64,000 nt of DNA from Candidatus Hadarchaeota archaeon (GCA_964399085.1 CAYNPN010000003.1:7703-71702), one strand, 5' to 3'. Shown: positions 1 through 9,822, numbered from the stretch's first letter. Notes: a model not told the origin generated them from the letters alone. Numbers and translations: made by a program.

Positions 1-450
1 TACTGGAATAAACCGGAAAAGACAGAGGAAAGCTTTATCGAAGCTGGAGGAAGGAGATGGTTTAGAACGGGAGACATCGCCAAGTTCGATGAAGACGGTT
101 ACGTATGGATAGTGGACAGGCTAAAGGACATGATTTTATACAAGGGCCACAGCGTCTTCCCGAACCAGATTGAGGACGTAATGATGGAGCATGAAGCCAT
201 CCAAGAAGTGGCGGTCTACGGTACCCCGGATGAAACTACCGGCGAAATGATAAATGCAGCCGTCGTGCTCGAGGACGAATATGAGGGAGAGATCGATGAA
301 CAGGAGATTATCGACTGGTGTCAGGGTAATATGGGGAAGCATAAGTATCCCAGAGTCGTGGACTTCAGGGAAGACTTGCCAAAGAGTGCGGCAGGAAAAT
401 ATCTGAAGCGCGTGCTGAGAGACGAAAAGATGGAAGAATCCGAAGACTAA
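1..450 (+). CDS. AMP-dependent acyl-CoA synthetase/ligase, C-terminal part (5' end lies outside the window)
   Basis: Frame 1 is open from base 1 (YWNKPEKTEESF..RTGDIAKFDEDGYVWIVDRLKDMILYKGHSVFPNQIE..LPKSAAGKYLKR). These are typical C-terminal subdomain motifs of adenylate-forming enzymes. Stop codon at 448-450. Confidence 0.8.
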   Translation, partial: YWNKPEKTEESFIEAGGRRWFRTGDIAKFDEDGYVWIVDRLKDMILYKGHSVFPNQIEDVMMEHEAIQEVAVYGTPDETTGEMINAAVVLEDEYEGEIDEQEIIDWCQGNMGKHKYPRVVDFREDLPKSAAGKYLKRVLRDEKMEESED

Positions 451-540
451 AACTACCCAGCATGTAACCGAAAAGCAAGTTTTGAGAACTTCCCTTTTTC
501 TTTTATTCTTTTTCCTGATTGTAGTGGTTTACAAATAATT

Positions 541-590
541 GGTAGAGATGGTGCGGCCGGCGGGCATCTGCATTCCGGTTCGAATCGCAC
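541..590. repeat. Copy 1 of a ~50 nt direct repeat; contains a 16-mer identical to the 3' end of the tRNA at 12080-12170
   Basis: ggtagagatggtgcggccggcgggcatctgcattccggttcgaatcgcac. Bases 549-564 (tggtgcggccggcggg) equal 12080-12095. The rest matches 21528-21576 apart from a few substitutions and indels. Confidence 0.5.
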
Positions 591-961
591 TTTTTCTGGT
601 TTGATTGTTAATTGAGAGCGTTAAGCTTTGCAAAGGTGAGAGCTTCGTGGGTGTTTAGTTCTCGACCTATGCTTTTCGATTTTTTTGAGAAGAGTTGGTC
701 TGCGTTTTTGAGTTGTCGTATTTCTGAGGCGGGTATCCATTTGTCGTGTTTCAGGATTCCGGCGGCTTTTGCATTTTTATGTTTTGGTAGAGTTCGCTGT
801 CTTTTAGTAGGTAGACTACGTCAGATAAAACAAGAGCTCGAAAAACATCGCTATCCAACTAAAGGCAAATAAATATACAAAATCTACCAACCACATTCGT
901 AACGAACCAATCCAATATGTAAATCGCCAAGATCTGAAATAATGTTTTGAAAAGCTTCTTT

Positions 962-2371
962 TCAATGAAGACCCATTCCTCCGGTAATCTTATAGAAAAG
1001 AGCTATGTAGGGCAGAATCTCGAGACGGCCAGCCAGCATTTGCCCGATCAAAATCCACTTTACAGGGGGTGAAGCCATCTCGGTTATCCCTACGGAGAGC
1101 CCCACGTTTCCTTGGGCCGAGGCGGATTCGAAAACGACATCAATTCCACTCCAGCCCGGCATAAGTATCATGATGAGAAGCGAACTGAATATTAAAAGAC
1201 CAATATAAATAAAAGCGTACGAGCTAGCCTCCATAACGTCCTTTTCTCCGTATTCAACCCCGCCAATTTTGAGGGGAACGATTGCTCTATCGGGGAGGAA
1301 TGCTCTCTTAATGATCCATATTATAGTCCCAATGATAACAATACTTCGGATGAGTTTTATAGCGCTTGAGGTAGATCCGTATCCCCCCCCCAGTACCATT
1401 AGAACCGTCAAGACTCCTTTCTGGAATGAACTCCAATCACCCGGAATTAGACCTGTGGTGGAAAATCCCGTACCCGTTAGCGCCGATGTCGTTTGGAAAA
1501 TACCATTCTTTATTCCGACATCTACGGCGAGTGCAAACGCGGACAGCGCAATTAAAGCGATCATCAACTGGACTTCTCTGCTGTTTAAAAGCGCACGCCA
1601 GTTTCCGTCAAAAACCCTTCTGTGTGTAGCAAAGCTTATGGCACCCATAATCATAAGAAAAACGGCTACGGAGAGGATAGGTACACCGTAGCCGGCGAAG
1701 CTGTCGGCGGTAACAGAAAATCCCCCAGTTGCTACACCTGTCATGGAATGGTTGACGGCGGCAAATGGACCCATGCCACCAAATATGAATCCGATTATTC
1801 CAACGATTGTGAAGAGTAAATACGCTTTATACAAAAATCTGGCGGTGTCTTTTATCCTAGGCAACATGCGCTCCTGTCGAGCCTCCGACTCGTAAAGTAA
1901 ACGAGCGAATCTTCCCGTTCTAGGAATGATGGCCAAGAAAAGGACGATTACACCAGCACCGCCAATCCATTGAGTAAGGCTTCGCCAAAACAATATTGAG
2001 TGGGGGGGGACTTCTACTAGCCATCCTTCCGCTCCCTGAAAAATCGTCAGACCTGTCGCGGTAAATCCAGCAACGCTCTCGAAAATGGCGTTCAGAGGTC
2101 CCAAATTCAGACTGATTACGTAGGGAATGGCCCCAAACCCCGACAACAGGACCCATGCAATTGCAACCAAAACCAAAGAATTTCCCAGATTTAGTTCTTC
2201 CTCCTCACCGGAATTTTTCCTGAGTATAACCCCTATAACAGCCGAAATCACTGCAGGTATGGCAAAGCTAGGGATATGAGCAAACTCCGTGTAAACCGCT
2301 GCAACCGGGATCGGAACTGAGAGGATCCCAGCAACCAAAAAAAAGACCATTGAAAAAAGATTTAGAAACAT
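962..2371 (-). CDS. trkH: TrkH/KtrB-family K+ transporter membrane subunit
   Basis: 469 aa polytopic protein with four P-loop-like glycine motifs (AGFTATGLT, MTGVATGGFSV, SALTGTGFSTTG, SAQGNVGLSVG). Adjacent to trkA. Confidence 0.85.
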   Translation of the reverse strand: MFLNLFSMVFFLVAGILSVPIPVAAVYTEFAHIPSFAIPAVISAVIGVILRKNSGEEEELNLGNSLVLVAIAWVLLSGFGAIPYVISLNLGPLNAIFESVAGFTATGLTIFQGAEGWLVEVPPHSILFWRSLTQWIGGAGVIVLFLAIIPRTGRFARLLYESEARQERMLPRIKDTARFLYKAYLLFTIVGIIGFIFGGMGPFAAVNHSMTGVATGGFSVTADSFAGYGVPILSVAVFLMIMGAISFATHRRVFDGNWRALLNSREVQLMIALIALSAFALAVDVGIKNGIFQTTSALTGTGFSTTGLIPGDWSSFQKGVLTVLMVLGGGYGSTSSAIKLIRSIVIIGTIIWIIKRAFLPDRAIVPLKIGGVEYGEKDVMEASSYAFIYIGLLIFSSLLIMILMPGWSGIDVVFESASAQGNVGLSVGITEMASPPVKWILIGQMLAGRLEILPYIALFYKITGGMGLH

Positions 2372-2566
2372 TCTATCACCCCATATCTATTTTAAAAAAC
2401 TTGTTGGATTTTTTCCTTCTTATCCTTTCTCTTTCAAGGGGACCATATTTTCATGCTGGAAACATGAAATTTACGTAAAAGATGTTGGAATTTTATCAAG
2501 TCGTTAAATACCTTCCCCAAAGTAATATAAAAATAATTATTAAATTTTGCTAAAGGTAGTGAGAAG

Positions 2567-3217
2567 ATGAAAGTGATTATAGTTGGAGGGGGGAGAACTG
2601 GTCGAAGATTAGCTAAGAGACTGCTCAGAACAGGGCATGAAATTACGATTATTGAGCAAGACGAGGAAACAGCGCAGAGTTTGGCAAGCGATCTAGACGT
2701 CCTCGTGATAAAAGGAAGTGGGTCCAATTCGGAAGTGTTAAAGGATGCGGATGCACAGAATGCGGATGTTCTTGCCGCCGTGACAGGGACCGATGAGATA
2801 AATTTTATGGCTTGTAAACTTGCTAGAGAGTCTGGAGTTGATAGAGTGATTACGAGGGTGAACGATATTGAACATGCAGAAATGTTTGAGGATGTGGGGG
2901 CTGACGTTACGATAAGTCCGGTGGATGCGACTATCGGTTTGTTTGAGAGAGCGATAACGGGACCCGGGATATACGGCATGCTGAGCCTGGGGGGGAGCAA
3001 CTCCGATGTGGTGGAAGTATCAGTAGCCAGAGACTCCGAGGCCATCGGAAAAACCATTAATGAACTCGACTTGCCCGAACTCTGTACTATAGCTATAATT
3101 AATCGTGGAGATGAACTGATTTCTCCTAGAGGTGAAACCGAATTTCAGGAGGACGATCGAGTGATAATAGCCGGAAAACCCAATGACGTAATTGACGCAG
3201 CAGAACTATTCCATTAA
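2567..3217 (+). CDS. trkA: TrkA K+ uptake regulatory subunit (RCK N + C domains)
   Basis: MKVIIVGGGRTGRRLAKRL Rossmann motif, followed by a C-terminal TrkA-C domain (..DLPELCTIAIINRGDELISPRGETEFQEDDRVIIAG). Confidence 0.85.
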   Translation: MKVIIVGGGRTGRRLAKRLLRTGHEITIIEQDEETAQSLASDLDVLVIKGSGSNSEVLKDADAQNADVLAAVTGTDEINFMACKLARESGVDRVITRVNDIEHAEMFEDVGADVTISPVDATIGLFERAITGPGIYGMLSLGGSNSDVVEVSVARDSEAIGKTINELDLPELCTIAIINRGDELISPRGETEFQEDDRVIIAGKPNDVIDAAELFH

Positions 3218-3379
3218 AAAGCGCAAAGGATTAAAACACGAGCTTTTCGGGCTTCATGAGGAAACGTCTAAACATTCTGAAGTTCAATTTTGAATTTGTC
3301 TTTTTGCATGAATTGATTGTAATCTAAGAGGGGTTAGTGGGAAAACCCCCGCCCGTTTGGACGGAGGTCGGACCGAGTA

Positions 3380-4540
3380 AAGGTCCTTCGGAGGTGAAAC
3401 CTCCTGATAAACAATTTCCGGTCCAGTGAAAAACTATCCAACAAATCTCTTAAATCGTTTGCCTCGCTCTTCAACCCAGCTCCAAACTCCCTCTACGATT
3501 CTTACGATCTCGCCCAGTCGGTTATAAAGATGGGAATGAACGAGGCTTCCGCGGAGAAGCATTCGAAACCCTCGCCAGACGTAATCCTGAGAAGATTACA
3601 CGAAGTGGACGAGGAAAACGCTCAAGAAGAACTGGAAAAACTAAATGAGCAGATCTTGGAAGAGCTGCAATTGCCGGAGAATCCAAAGATCGCCATAGAT
3701 TTCACAATCATTCCCTACTACGGAGAAGATAATCCCACCCTCGTGAGCGATTCCAGACTACCAGGCACAAAACTAGGAATCAAATTCGCAATACTGAGCG
3801 TCGTAGAAGAAGGAAAAACCATAACCTTGAAAGCCCGACAGGTCAGCCCGTTCGAGTCGAACATCTCAGTGTTAAAAGAACTGCTTGATTACGCCCAAAA
3901 ATTACTCGATCCCAGCCTTGTCCTTCTCGACAGAGGTTTTTACTCCGTGGATGCGGTTGAGGAGCTCAAATCAAGAAAATTAGGTTTTATAATCCCTGCA
4001 AAGAAGACTAGTCCGGTCAGAAAAGCTTGTGAAAAGTTCGAAAAGGGAGAAATACCAGCCGAGACCGACCATACCGTTTCAAACAGTAAAAAAGAGGAAA
4101 AAGTTCGACTATTATTTACGGAAAGGGAGACGGAGAACGGGAAAGAAATCCATCCGTTCATCACCAATCTAGATATCAGCCCGGACGAAGCCTCGGAGAA
4201 CTACGGGTGGCGTTGGCGAATCGAGACGAATATTCGGGAGCTTGAAAAGTTCAAACCGTTCACCACGAGCCGGTCGATGGAGCTGCGACGGTTATATTTC
4301 ATCGTCAGCATGACTCTGTACAATTTGTGGATTCTCTCGCGGGACGGGAGTGAGCGTCCGAGAGCTCACGAATTCAAGAAATGGTTGAAACGTTTGTTGA
4401 AAGTATTTCGAGTGTTTGGGGGAGAAAAAATCCGACCTCCGCCAGTTCCAACCTTAGCGTAAAGATCTTCTCGATGTTTTCCTAGAGGCGACTGTCAGTC
4501 GTCGGAAAATCTTCAAGGTTTTCACCTCCCGAACTTCCTA
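3380..4540 (+). mobile_element. DDE insertion sequence (IS4/ISH3-like), boundaries approximate
   Basis: Imperfect inverted repeats flank the transposase ORF: ttcggaggtgaaacct at 3387-3402 versus aggttttcacctcccgaa at 4516-4533. A second related pair occurs at 3358-3372 / 4433-4447. The element lies between two trkA paralogs. Confidence 0.5.
3530..4462 (+). CDS. DDE transposase (IS4/ISH3-like); N-terminus may extend upstream without an ATG
   Basis: LLDRGFYSVDAVEELK...YGWRWRIETNIRELEKFKP is a typical DDE / Y-R-E-K region. The frame stays open upstream to ~3398 with no ATG. Confidence 0.75.
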   Translation: MGMNEASAEKHSKPSPDVILRRLHEVDEENAQEELEKLNEQILEELQLPENPKIAIDFTIIPYYGEDNPTLVSDSRLPGTKLGIKFAILSVVEEGKTITLKARQVSPFESNISVLKELLDYAQKLLDPSLVLLDRGFYSVDAVEELKSRKLGFIIPAKKTSPVRKACEKFEKGEIPAETDHTVSNSKKEEKVRLLFTERETENGKEIHPFITNLDISPDEASENYGWRWRIETNIRELEKFKPFTTSRSMELRRLYFIVSMTLYNLWILSRDGSERPRAHEFKKWLKRLLKVFRVFGGEKIRPPPVPTLA

Positions 4541-4835
4541 CCGATTATCGCGAAAAACCGAGAATTATCTTCGGAAAGTCTTCTGAACACGAAAAAGAAC
4601 GGAAAACTTTACCTAAAAGACAAGGTAATTCTACTTACGTGAGTACTGGAATTTGGAGAAAATTTAAGATAAGAACCATCATTCGGAAAGAAGCAAAAAA
4701 CTAGGACAGTTTCTGAGAAGAATTAGAAGGAATATTAAATTTTTGGCGAATCAAGATTTTTCCAGAGTTCGGTTTCACTGGATAAAGACTAATTATGTGT
4801 TATTTTTGGAACGCAAAGTTTTCCCTCAGTTTGTT

Positions 4836-5548
4836 CTATTCCTGGTGGAAGAGTTCTATTGATGAAATTATTTCTTCAGTTTTCCCCACCAGTATAACTT
4901 TGTCTCCTTTTTGAAAAACTGTATCTCCTCTCGGGGCGATTAGTTCTTCCTCTCGTCTAATTAGTCCTACAGTGCAAAGTTCGGGTAAGTCTAGGTCTTT
5001 AATGGCTTTCCCTTCAGCTTCGGAATTTTCCGTTACTTCAATTTCTATAACATCGCCGTCTTTTCCTCCATGCTTATCATGCCATAAAGCCCAGAACTGA
5101 CAGCAGCTTTTTCGATTAGTCCCATTGTAGCACTGATTGCACTGACCACAACATCTGCCTCAACATCCTTATACATATTCGCATATTCGTCCTTTTTTAC
5201 CCGAGCAATTACTCGACAGGACGCTGCATCTTTTGCAATCTTACAGACCATCAAATTCGTCTCGTCATTTGAGGTTAATGCAACCAATGACTCGGCTTCT
5301 TCAATCCCCGCTTCTTTTAAGATCTCCCGGTCTGTTCCATCTCCATGAACAACCATGGGTACGTCAAGTTTTTTACGGATCCTATGGGCTCTTTCCTCAT
5401 CTACTTCTATAACGGCAATTTCATGTTTTGTCCACGTCAATCGATCAGCTAGTTCTAAACCCGTCTTTCCTCCTCCAACAATAATTATCTCTTTTGTCGG
5501 AGAAGACACCTTCCCAATCAAAGATTGGGTGGGTGATGAATCCGACAC
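4836..5548 (-). pseudogene. trkA: trkA paralog split by a single-base frameshift near 5068-5070
   Basis: N-domain ORF 5045..5548 (KEIIIVGGGKTG..YGMISM) stops early. The TrkA-C domain continues in another frame to a stop at 4836-4838 (GGKDGDVIEIEVTENSEAEGKAIKDLDLPELCTVGLIRREEELIAPRGDTVFQKGDKVILVG), colinear with the TrkA at 2567-3217. Confidence 0.7.
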
Positions 5549-5876
5549 ATTTTTTTAACTTCAAAGCCGAAAGGTAGTGTAAGAAGGTGTCTTGAGCTGA
5601 CATGCCGAGTCCCGAGGACGGGGCTTCGGGGCACAGGCTCTCTTGAGAATGAATCCTCGGGAGGTTCAAGATAGGACCGTCGTGGCTCGGCCCGCAAGCT
5701 CTCCGTGTCGAATCTCGACCTCTGTACATCAAGTCGGGTTTTAGCGAGTGGGCAACCTGCAAACAAGTCCATCGGTGATGGATATAGACCGCTCGGTAGT
5801 ACCTTAACCCGACCGAAAGGGTGCGAATGGGGCTGGAAGCTCCTTCCAAACCGTGTTTGGTGGGAGAGGAAGTCAC
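5491..5876 (+). ncRNA. Element A: TnpB-less IS200/IS605-type element; candidate stand-alone omega-RNA-like structured RNA
   Basis: Left module GAGAAG..CCTTCC, hairpin cccaatc-aaa-gattggg (5513-5529), then GTGGGTGATGAATCC. Right module GAATGGGGCTGGAAGCTCCTTCC, hairpin ccaaac-cgt-gtttgg (5846-5860), then TGGGAGAGGAAGTCAC. Both modules are homologous to the ends of the tnpB element at 15911-17168. The interior is GC-rich with no convincing ORF. Confidence 0.6.
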
Positions 5877-6027
5877 CTTTGACCCATCTAAATTTTAATA
5901 TTTATCTTTGATCCACATCCCCCCACTTAATTTCCTTATTCTCTCAGAAAGGCAGATTTTCAAGAAGCCAGACAAAGACAAAACCAACTGCCCATGACCC
6001 CCTACAAAACCATGAAAAATGCCGTGA

Positions 6028-6417
6028 AAAAACTCCGACGATATACCCGAAAAAGGGGAAATCGAAACCAATTACGATAGAAAAAATACTACCGACAACA
6101 TCCAAGGAATTCACGCCCTCAAAAAACCCCTCGCCGCACTAATAAAAGCAAGCAGTCGCCGACCCAGCATCACAAAAATCAAAGTCTCTATTGAAGAAAA
6201 AGATAAAGAAACCATAGTCACAATCGAAGACAACGGAAAAAGTTCCCCGAAAAACCCAGTAAAAAATTACCAACGGACCCTAACTACCGGCGGTCCTTCT
6301 GACTCACCTGTTCTTAGGGTTCTCTGCGCCCTTCCTGTCCGGTACAGGGTACTGGCTTTCGCACCACCAGATCCCGTGTACAAGAGGTCCCGCCAAAAAG
6401 TATCTGGAGATTGTTAA
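6028..6417 (+). pseudogene. Remnant of a sensor histidine kinase ATPase (HATPase_c) domain, no start codon
   Basis: Open frame without a start codon: ..DNIQGIHALKKPLAALIKASSRRPSITKIKVSIEEKDKETIVTIEDNGKS.. resembles the N-box to G1-box (DNG) region. The G2 region downstream is degenerate. Confidence 0.3.
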
Positions 6418-6590
6418 ACTGAACGAACGAGTGCTGCGGATCTATTTCGAAAGTTCAAAAAATCAGTAATCGTCAATGCGAACTGAAAAGGGCTTTCGGT
6501 AAAAGTGCGTGAGCAGAGCTCGCCTCTCGAACATATAGGGTAATTATTTAGATTTCGGAAATCAGAAAAATAATACGGACGGGAACCAAT

Positions 6591-8390
6591 ATGACCACCG
6601 AGATCTTACTTACCCTTTTGGTTCTGTTAGCAACGATAATACTCTTCGTAGCTGAGATTGTCCGTGTAGATGTAGTGGCCATTATAGTGATGATCGTTCT
6701 CCCCTGGTTGGGGTTGGTCGATCCCGGGGAAGCTTTCTCAGGTTTCGCAAGCAACGCGGTAATTGCAATTATAGCAATTATGATTCTTGACTACGGCATC
6801 GACAGATCCGGCGTAATGGAGCAAATAACAAGACGCATTATGAATCTGGCCGGATCCAGCGAGAAAAGGCTAGTCGGGCTTGTGTCCCTCACTGTTGGAG
6901 GGCTATCATCTTTCATGCAAAATATTGGCGCCGCCGCACTCTTCCTCCCCTCAATATTGAGAATTTCCAAAAGGTTGAAGCTGTTTCCCTCCCTCTTGCT
7001 GATGCCGATGGGATTCGCGGCGATTTTAGGCGGCACATTGACTCTCTTCGCCTCGAGCCCACTTATAATGCTGAACGACCTTCTAGCTCAAGAAGGTCTC
7101 TCCTCCCTCAACGTTTTTACCGTGACTCCATTGGGGACAGTATTGCTAGGGAGTGGAGTGCTTTACTTCCTACTGCTCGGAAAGTTTGTTCTTCCTAGAA
7201 AAGAAGAAGGGGCCGTTGACCGGAGGAAGGATCATGGTGAGGACATCGAGGAGGCCTGGGAGCTGCCAGAAAATATATACGAGTGCGAAATTCCCGAAAA
7301 AAGCAATCTTATCGGCAAAACTCCCGAGGGGGTAGGGATTTGGAAAGAATACGACCTCCACCTCCTCGCTCTCGCCAAGGGTCGAGAGTTTTCCTACGCT
7401 CCCTGGCGGCACACTAAACTAGGTAAGGATCGCAAACTTCTCCTTCTCGGAAAAGAGGAAGACGTGGAAAAATTCGCAGAAGATTTCGGACTGATTCTAA
7501 GCGAAGACAGTGAAAGAATTCGAGACTTAAAAAGTGAAGAGGAGGGGGGTTTTGCAGAAGTTGTAATCCCGCCGAGAGCCCCCCTCATCGGTAAAACCTT
7601 CAGAGAGCTTGAGTTTCGAAAGGTATACAGAATCGAGCCCATAATGCTGCTGACCGGAGAACAAAAAGAGAAAGAAGACTTTTCGGATCAATCCCTCCAA
7701 CCCGGACAAGCAATCGTAGTTTTTGGCTCCTGGCGCGATTTAAAAGAGCTAGATGATAATGAAAACTTTGTTGTCGTCACACCGATAGAAACTGAAGAAG
7801 AGAAAGAAGAGAAAAAACCCGTGGTTGCAACCCTCTGCTTTACAGTCTCCATAGTCATGGCAGTCCTTGGACTTAGGCTCTCTCTATCACTCATGACTGG
7901 CGCCCTAGCAATGATACTTTTAAATATCGTTCCTATCCGAGAAGCCTACGAGGCCATCGACTGGAGAACGGTCTTCCTGATTGCCGGCCTAATACCGTTA
8001 GGCATTGCAATGGACAATACAGGCACCGCTGTGTATATATCTGAACAAGTTCTAGCAATTTTCCAAGGCAGTCACCCTATTATTATATTGACAATCCTCG
8101 CTGCCCTCACAACATCATTCACCCTAGTCATGTCGAACGTCGCAGCCACAGTCCTCCTTGTTCCAATATCCATAGCGATAGGCCAAACAACTGGGATAAA
8201 TCCAACCGCACTAGCTCTGCTCGTCGGGGTCTGTGCCTCCAACTCCTTCATACTACCCACCCACCAAGTCAACGCACTTATCATGTCGCCTGGTGGATAC
8301 AGAAACGCAGACTATATAAAAGCAGGCGGAATCTTAAGCCTCATCTTCATCGCAATAACCGTGCCGTTCACATACCTAATATTCGCTTAA
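6591..8390 (+). CDS. SLC13/DASS-family anion permease with two central TrkA-C (RCK-C) domains
   Basis: 599 aa. Hydrophobic transporter halves flank a cytoplasmic insert with two repeats (..NLIGKTPEGVGIWKEYDLHLLALAKG.. and ..PLIGKTFRELEFRKVYRIEPIMLLTG..). Confidence 0.8.
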   Translation: MTTEILLTLLVLLATIILFVAEIVRVDVVAIIVMIVLPWLGLVDPGEAFSGFASNAVIAIIAIMILDYGIDRSGVMEQITRRIMNLAGSSEKRLVGLVSLTVGGLSSFMQNIGAAALFLPSILRISKRLKLFPSLLLMPMGFAAILGGTLTLFASSPLIMLNDLLAQEGLSSLNVFTVTPLGTVLLGSGVLYFLLLGKFVLPRKEEGAVDRRKDHGEDIEEAWELPENIYECEIPEKSNLIGKTPEGVGIWKEYDLHLLALAKGREFSYAPWRHTKLGKDRKLLLLGKEEDVEKFAEDFGLILSEDSERIRDLKSEEEGGFAEVVIPPRAPLIGKTFRELEFRKVYRIEPIMLLTGEQKEKEDFSDQSLQPGQAIVVFGSWRDLKELDDNENFVVVTPIETEEEKEEKKPVVATLCFTVSIVMAVLGLRLSLSLMTGALAMILLNIVPIREAYEAIDWRTVFLIAGLIPLGIAMDNTGTAVYISEQVLAIFQGSHPIIILTILAALTTSFTLVMSNVAATVLLVPISIAIGQTTGINPTALALLVGVCASNSFILPTHQVNALIMSPGGYRNADYIKAGGILSLIFIAITVPFTYLIFA

Positions 8391-8826
8391 GTTTGTAATA
8401 TTATTCACCTGCTTGACTGGCCAATTTTTCTGCCCTCTCTAAGTGTTTTCATAACTGTAGTATATGGCCGCATTTTCCAGTGACCCTCCGGTGGCGGTGT
8501 TACGGGCGTTGACCGGGACAGTCACCCCTTCAGGGTTTGCTGATTTGCTCGATAACGAGTACGTTTCTCTTGAAAATCAGGTGGCATGCAAAGAGGGATC
8601 AAAAAAGTAAAATTAAAAATTATCTCTGATGGAAAGTTTTCGATGCAGCATATTAGTCAAAGGGAAAATACCATCGAAAATAAATTTTCAGTCACCCTCA
8701 ATAAGAGACTGAATCTGCACTTAGAGTTCAGACCAGTCCTCCACCTATAGCACCGTCTTTAATTTCACAGTTTGAGCATCGCCTTTTGTTTTTCAGGCGG
8801 GATAAGACCTTCTCGGATACCTCATT

Positions 8827-9822
8827 TCAAGAATTTTTACCGAATTTTTCCTTCATTTTCTCTATCTGCTTGGGAGACCCCATAGTTATCAAAGTATCAT
8901 CCTTCATGATCTCTTCCTCCACACTAGGATTAATGAGTAATTCGCCATCGCGCATTATTGCAATCACGGAAACGCCCGTGTCTTTCCTCAATTCCGAATC
9001 TTTGATTTTAACTCCATCTAAAAGCCCGCCTTCCGGTATGTCCAGAGTTCCTGCTTTTCCAATGTCTCCCTGCAACAAATTGTCGTAAAAAGTCGTAATT
9101 TCTGGATGTAAGAGCGATCTCGCCATGCGAATCCCTCCTTCTGTGTCCGGGCTAATAACTGCCGTCGCGCCAGCTCGATGGAGATAATCGTTGTTTTCTA
9201 TATCCTCGGCTTTGGCTACTATCTCAATATCCGACCTGATGCCCTTGGCGCTCAGAATGAGTAAAATATTATCAGGGTCGGACGGAAGAGTAGCAAATAA
9301 TCCTTGAGCCTTATCCACGCCAGCTTTTTGAAGGGCTTCTTCTCCCGTAGCATCGCCCACAATATATGGATAATCAGCTGCTTCCTCTCTCAAAACAGTC
9401 TCGTCCTGATCGATTATGACGATATCATTGCCGTAACTATGTAACTCTCGAGCTACGGCCTTACCTATATCCCCATAACCACATATAATATAGTGGTTTT
9501 TTATTTTCTCGACTTCATCTTCTTTCTCACTCATGGTAAAGAAATCCCAGATTTTCCCTCCTATAATATTTTTTCCTACGAGGGTTAAAACGTAAAGGAT
9601 TGTGCTGACTCCGAAAATCATGAGGAAGATTGCAAGGATTCTCCCCAAATCAGTATCTACAGGAATATCCCCGTAACCTACTGTTGTAATCGTAGCCACG
9701 GTCCAATATAATGAATCAAGGAGGCTTTCCCCTTCAATGAAATGAAAGCCGAAAATACCCAAAATGACTAGGGAAAAAAGAACTGAGGCTGAAATCCATA
9801 ATTTTCTATTTTCCATCATCAT
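8827..9822 (-). CDS. K+ channel with cytoplasmic RCK domain (MthK/Kch-like)
   Basis: Two TM helices and the selectivity filter TVGYGD, then a Rossmann motif (HYIICGYGDIGKAVAREL) and a TrkA-C domain. Confidence 0.85.
   Translation of the reverse strand: MMMENRKLWISASVLFSLVILGIFGFHFIEGESLLDSLYWTVATITTVGYGDIPVDTDLGRILAIFLMIFGVSTILYVLTLVGKNIIGGKIWDFFTMSEKEDEVEKIKNHYIICGYGDIGKAVARELHSYGNDIVIIDQDETVLREEAADYPYIVGDATGEEALQKAGVDKAQGLFATLPSDPDNILLILSAKGIRSDIEIVAKAEDIENNDYLHRAGATAVISPDTEGGIRMARSLLHPEITTFYDNLLQGDIGKAGTLDIPEGGLLDGVKIKDSELRKDTGVSVIAIMRDGELLINPSVEEEIMKDDTLITMGSPKQIEKMKEKFGKNS

Noticed and set aside
612-872. 86 aa plus-strand ORF in the track.
   Set aside because: Its composition is Cys/Phe/Arg-rich nonsense. 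The opposite strand carries a more protein-like but start-less frame, so the region is better treated as a decayed fragment next to the repeat at 541-590.
5445-5876. Minus-strand ORFs of 143 aa and 84 aa (and a 68 aa plus-strand ORF) covering element A. Similar ORFs occur at 50479-50709 and 61667-62138 over elements C and D.
   Set aside because: They coincide exactly with the GC-rich repeated elements. The apparent shared peptide (ITHPI.DWEG.F) is just the reverse translation of the conserved nucleotide hairpin block. Conservation between copies follows base-pairing rather than codon structure, and start sites and lengths differ between copies.
5491-5876. Whether the ~390 nt GC-rich elements could be RNase P RNA, SRP RNA or another housekeeping RNA.
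   Set aside because: There are three divergent copies in 64 kb plus clear homology to the tnpB element's ends. I did not find universal RNase P blocks (GGAAAGUCC-type CR-I, ACAGAA..GGCUUA) or SRP helix-8 motifs. The short match GAAAGGGTGCG in element A only is probably chance.
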